This document shows positions 61,263-64,000 of a stretch of 64,000 nucleotides of DNA, piece after piece. How positions within the stretch are numbered: the first letter of the stretch is position 1; every line of letters begins with the position of its first letter. The position numbers and the translations under genes were made by a program. The notes below the pieces were generated by a model that saw only the letters and a list, made by a program, of their open reading frames with translations, ran no database searches and was not told the DNA's origin. Source of the DNA: Desulfatiglandales bacterium (GTDB lineage: Bacteria; Desulfobacterota; DSM-4660; Desulfatiglandales; HGW-15); NCBI GenBank assembly GCA_963667015.2, contig CAXXJJ010000004.1, positions 1,536,001-1,600,000 of the forward strand, given 5' to 3'.

Positions 61263-62426
61263 ATGGATTTTACATTAAGCGAAGAATTGCAAATGCTGAA
61301 AGATATGGCAAGAGATTTTGTCAACGAAAAAATATCTCCGTTTGCAGATGAATGGGATGAGAAGCATTATTTCCCCTATGAAGAAGCACTGAAACCAATG
61401 GGCGAACTTGGTTTTTTTGGTACAGTTATCCCTGAAGAATACGGCGGAAACGAGATGGGCTGGCTCGCAGCAATAATCCTTACCGAAGAGATCGCAAGGG
61501 GTTCAAGTTCCTTAAGAGTGCAGATGAACATGCAGGCCCTTGGCTGTGCCTATACAATCAATACATATGGCAGTGAAGAACTCAAAAAGAAATATGTTGA
61601 AAAACTTGTAACAGCCGAATACGTGGGCGGTTTTGGTATTACAGAACCTAACGCCGGTTCTGACGTTATGGCCATGAAGGCTACAGCCGTTGACAAAGGC
61701 GATCACTGGCTTATTAACGGTTATAAAACATGGATATCAAATGCATCAGCAGCTGATGCTATTATCTTTTATGCATACACAGACAGGGAAGCCAGAGGTA
61801 AAGGGCTCTCTGCTTTTGTTGTAGAACCCAAAAACTTTAATGGTGTTACAACAACTGATCTGGACAAATTGGGAACAAGATCTACACCTACAGGCGAAAT
61901 TATTCTCGAAGACTGCAAAGTACCCAAGGAAAACATACTTGGAAACCCCGGTGACGGCGCAAAAATAGTATTCGGTTCACTCAACCAGAGCAGATTGTCT
62001 GCAGCAGCAGGCGGAATCGGTGTTGCACAGGCCTCTCTGGAGGCCGCAATTGCATACTGTAAAGAACGTGAACAGTTCAGAACAGCGATCGGAAACTTCC
62101 AGATGAACCAGGACCTGGTAGCCCAGGTGTCCTGTGAGCTGGAAGCAGCAAGGCTCATGGTTTACAAGGCTGCAATTCAGAAAGACGAAGGAAACCTTGG
62201 AAATACAATTGAAGTTGCCCAGGCAAAGTACCTTGCGGGTGAAATAGCTGTTAAGGCTTCATCGGTTGCAATGAGAATTCTAGGGGCTTATGGCTATTCA
62301 ACAGAATACCCGGTAGCCAGGTACTATCGTGATGCCCCGGCCTATCAACTGGTTGAAGGTTCAACAAATATCTGTAAGATGATCGTTGGCCAGGATCTGG
62401 TTGGTGTAAAAAAAGCCAAAAAATAA
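61263..62426 (+). CDS. acd: glutaryl-CoA dehydrogenase, non-decarboxylating
   Basis: Acyl-CoA dehydrogenase motifs; closely resembles the Desulfococcus multivorans enzyme as recalled (HYFPYEE..PMGELGFFG, LVEGS with Val before catalytic Glu); upstream of gcdA. Confidence 0.9.
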   Translation: MDFTLSEELQMLKDMARDFVNEKISPFADEWDEKHYFPYEEALKPMGELGFFGTVIPEEYGGNEMGWLAAIILTEEIARGSSSLRVQMNMQALGCAYTINTYGSEELKKKYVEKLVTAEYVGGFGITEPNAGSDVMAMKATAVDKGDHWLINGYKTWISNASAADAIIFYAYTDREARGKGLSAFVVEPKNFNGVTTTDLDKLGTRSTPTGEIILEDCKVPKENILGNPGDGAKIVFGSLNQSRLSAAAGGIGVAQASLEAAIAYCKEREQFRTAIGNFQMNQDLVAQVSCELEAARLMVYKAAIQKDEGNLGNTIEVAQAKYLAGEIAVKASSVAMRILGAYGYSTEYPVARYYRDAPAYQLVEGSTNICKMIVGQDLVGVKKAKK

Positions 62427-62578
62427 TTTAAGATCCATCCGGCAGAATTTTTCGGGTGGATATTTTCCTGAAATTTCAAATCAGGATTTAAGGTAACAAA
62501 CGATCACCCATTCTGTTAAGGTATGGGTGATCATTTTAATTTGAACAGAAGGGCTCAAAATAAACCAGGAGGACATAT

Positions 62579-64000
62579 ATGAGACGTTATTTTGACGAGA
62601 TGGAGCCTTTAGGCAAGGCTCTTACCGAAAAACAGATTGCAGATGCAACAGAAAACATCGAAGAAATTAAAAAAGTCGAAGCGCAGGTCGCCGAGGCTGT
62701 TGAAGTCGTAAAAAGCCAGGGTATTCCTGATGAAAAAATAAAGGCAAGAGGCCAGATGACTGTATGGGAAAGGATCGAGTACCTTGTAGACCCAGGAACA
62801 TGGACACCTCTTCACACAATCTACAATCCTAAGTCTAATGTAGAAGAGCAGACCAACGTGGTTGACGGTCTTGCAAAAATCAACGGGAAATGGGCTGTTG
62901 TTATAGGCTTTAATAACAAGGTAATGGCCGGAGCATGGATAGCAGGACAGGCTGACAACCAGCTCAGGGTTACTGATATGGCTAAGAGGCTCAGAATACC
63001 TCTGGTATGGATCGTAAACTGCAGTGGTGTTAAGCTTCCCGAACAGGAAGAAGTTTACGCAGACAGGAGAGGAAACGGTACAACATTCTTCAGGCATGCT
63101 GAACTTGCAACACTCGGTGTACCGATTATAGCCGGTATCTACGGAACCAACCCTGCAGGCGGCGGTTACCAGGGTATAAGCCCCACAGTTATCATCGCCC
63201 ATAAAGATGCCAACATGGCAGTCGGCGGCGGCGGTATTGTTGGTGGAATGGCACCAAAGGGCGGTTTTGATGAAGAAGGCGCAGAACAGCTTATTGAGGC
63301 AACAAGGCATTTCAATGAGGCTCCTCCGGGAAGTGTTGGAATCCACCATGATGTAACCGGTTTCTTCAAGGAAGTTCATGAAACGGAAACAGGCGTTCTT
63401 GATTCACTTAAAAAACATATGGATATGATGCCAGCCTATGACCCCGAGTTTTTCAGGGTTGCAGAGCCAAAAGAACCAAAATTCAGCGGTGAAGAACTTA
63501 ACAGCATAGTAGCCTTTAATCAGAAACGCGGTTACAACTTTGAAGAGATGCTCGCTAGAATGACAGATAACAGCGAACACATGGAGTTCAGGCCCGGTTT
63601 TGGTCCTGAGGTTTATACAGGCCTTGTAAAGATCGACGGTTACCTGATGGCTGTTATCGGTAACAGGCAGGGCTTCCTTGGCGCCAAATACCCCGCATAT
63701 GCCCCCTACCCCGGAATAGGTGGAAAACTCTACCGCGACGGTCTTATCAAGATGAACGAGTTTATCACCCTCGCCGGAAGAGACAGGCTCCCAATTATAT
63801 GGCTGCAGGATACATCAGGTATTGATGTTGGTGATATTGCTGAGCAGGCAGAGCTCCTTGGTCTTGGCCAGTCTCAGATATACTCAATTGAGCAGACAGA
63901 TGTTCCCCAAATCTGTATTGTCTTAAGAAAGGGTACTGCTGCAGCTCATTATGTAATGGGCGGACCTACAGCAAATAATCACAATGTATTCACTCTTGGA
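62579..64000 (+). CDS. gcdA: glutaconyl-CoA decarboxylase alpha (carboxyltransferase) subunit, 3' truncated by window; absent from ORF track
   Basis: AGGAGG RBS; MRRYFDEM..., NCSGVKLPEQEEVYADRRG, GTNPAGGGY, WLQDTSGIDVG; frame open to window end. Confidence 0.92.
   Translation, partial: MRRYFDEMEPLGKALTEKQIADATENIEEIKKVEAQVAEAVEVVKSQGIPDEKIKARGQMTVWERIEYLVDPGTWTPLHTIYNPKSNVEEQTNVVDGLAKINGKWAVVIGFNNKVMAGAWIAGQADNQLRVTDMAKRLRIPLVWIVNCSGVKLPEQEEVYADRRGNGTTFFRHAELATLGVPIIAGIYGTNPAGGGYQGISPTVIIAHKDANMAVGGGGIVGGMAPKGGFDEEGAEQLIEATRHFNEAPPGSVGIHHDVTGFFKEVHETETGVLDSLKKHMDMMPAYDPEFFRVAEPKEPKFSGEELNSIVAFNQKRGYNFEEMLARMTDNSEHMEFRPGFGPEVYTGLVKIDGYLMAVIGNRQGFLGAKYPAYAPYPGIGGKLYRDGLIKMNEFITLAGRDRLPIIWLQDTSGIDVGDIAEQAELLGLGQSQIYSIEQTDVPQICIVLRKGTAAAHYVMGGPTANNHNVFTLG

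Noticed and set aside
62609..63379. 256-aa minus-strand ORF
   Set aside because: Antisense shadow of gcdA, which runs off the window and is missing from the ORF track
1..64000. Genome-wide stop-codon reassignment (TGA or TAG)
   Set aside because: Many genes end at TGA or TAG at expected family C-termini; only three TGAs have in-frame continuation plus hairpin

Overview
64-kb chromosomal window from an anaerobic Gram-negative bacterium, most likely Desulfobacterota (inferred from the non-decarboxylating glutaryl-CoA dehydrogenase/GcdA pair, an HdrD-like Fe-S protein and a split-Soret-like cytochrome). Main points: (1) three gene pairs in the ORF track are single genes with an in-frame UGA followed by a SECIS-like hairpin. 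They encode an HdrD/GlpC-like Fe-S protein, a UGSC-family lipoprotein and a secreted Ycf48/BNR-type beta-propeller, the last being a candidate unusual selenoprotein. (2) An integrase-less integron cassette array has four attC sites and defence-like cassettes (Schlafen/AlbA_2, SNase nuclease, SIR2-like/TIR); some core triplets read ATC/GAT instead of AAC/GTT. (3) A TrcP-like tRNA C-to-pseudouridine editor appears split into two genes. (4) Three complete IS elements (IS630, IS1380, ISL3) have readable TIRs and TSDs. (5) Two TonB-dependent receptors share a paralogous ~480-nt leader and precede a cluster of Tat-exported redox proteins. (6) There are two toxin-antitoxin modules, dispersed repeats, and several genes broken by single +1 insertions or in-frame stops. 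No rRNA, tRNA, CRISPR, sel genes or integron integrase were seen. Family assignments come from motif recognition, not database searches.
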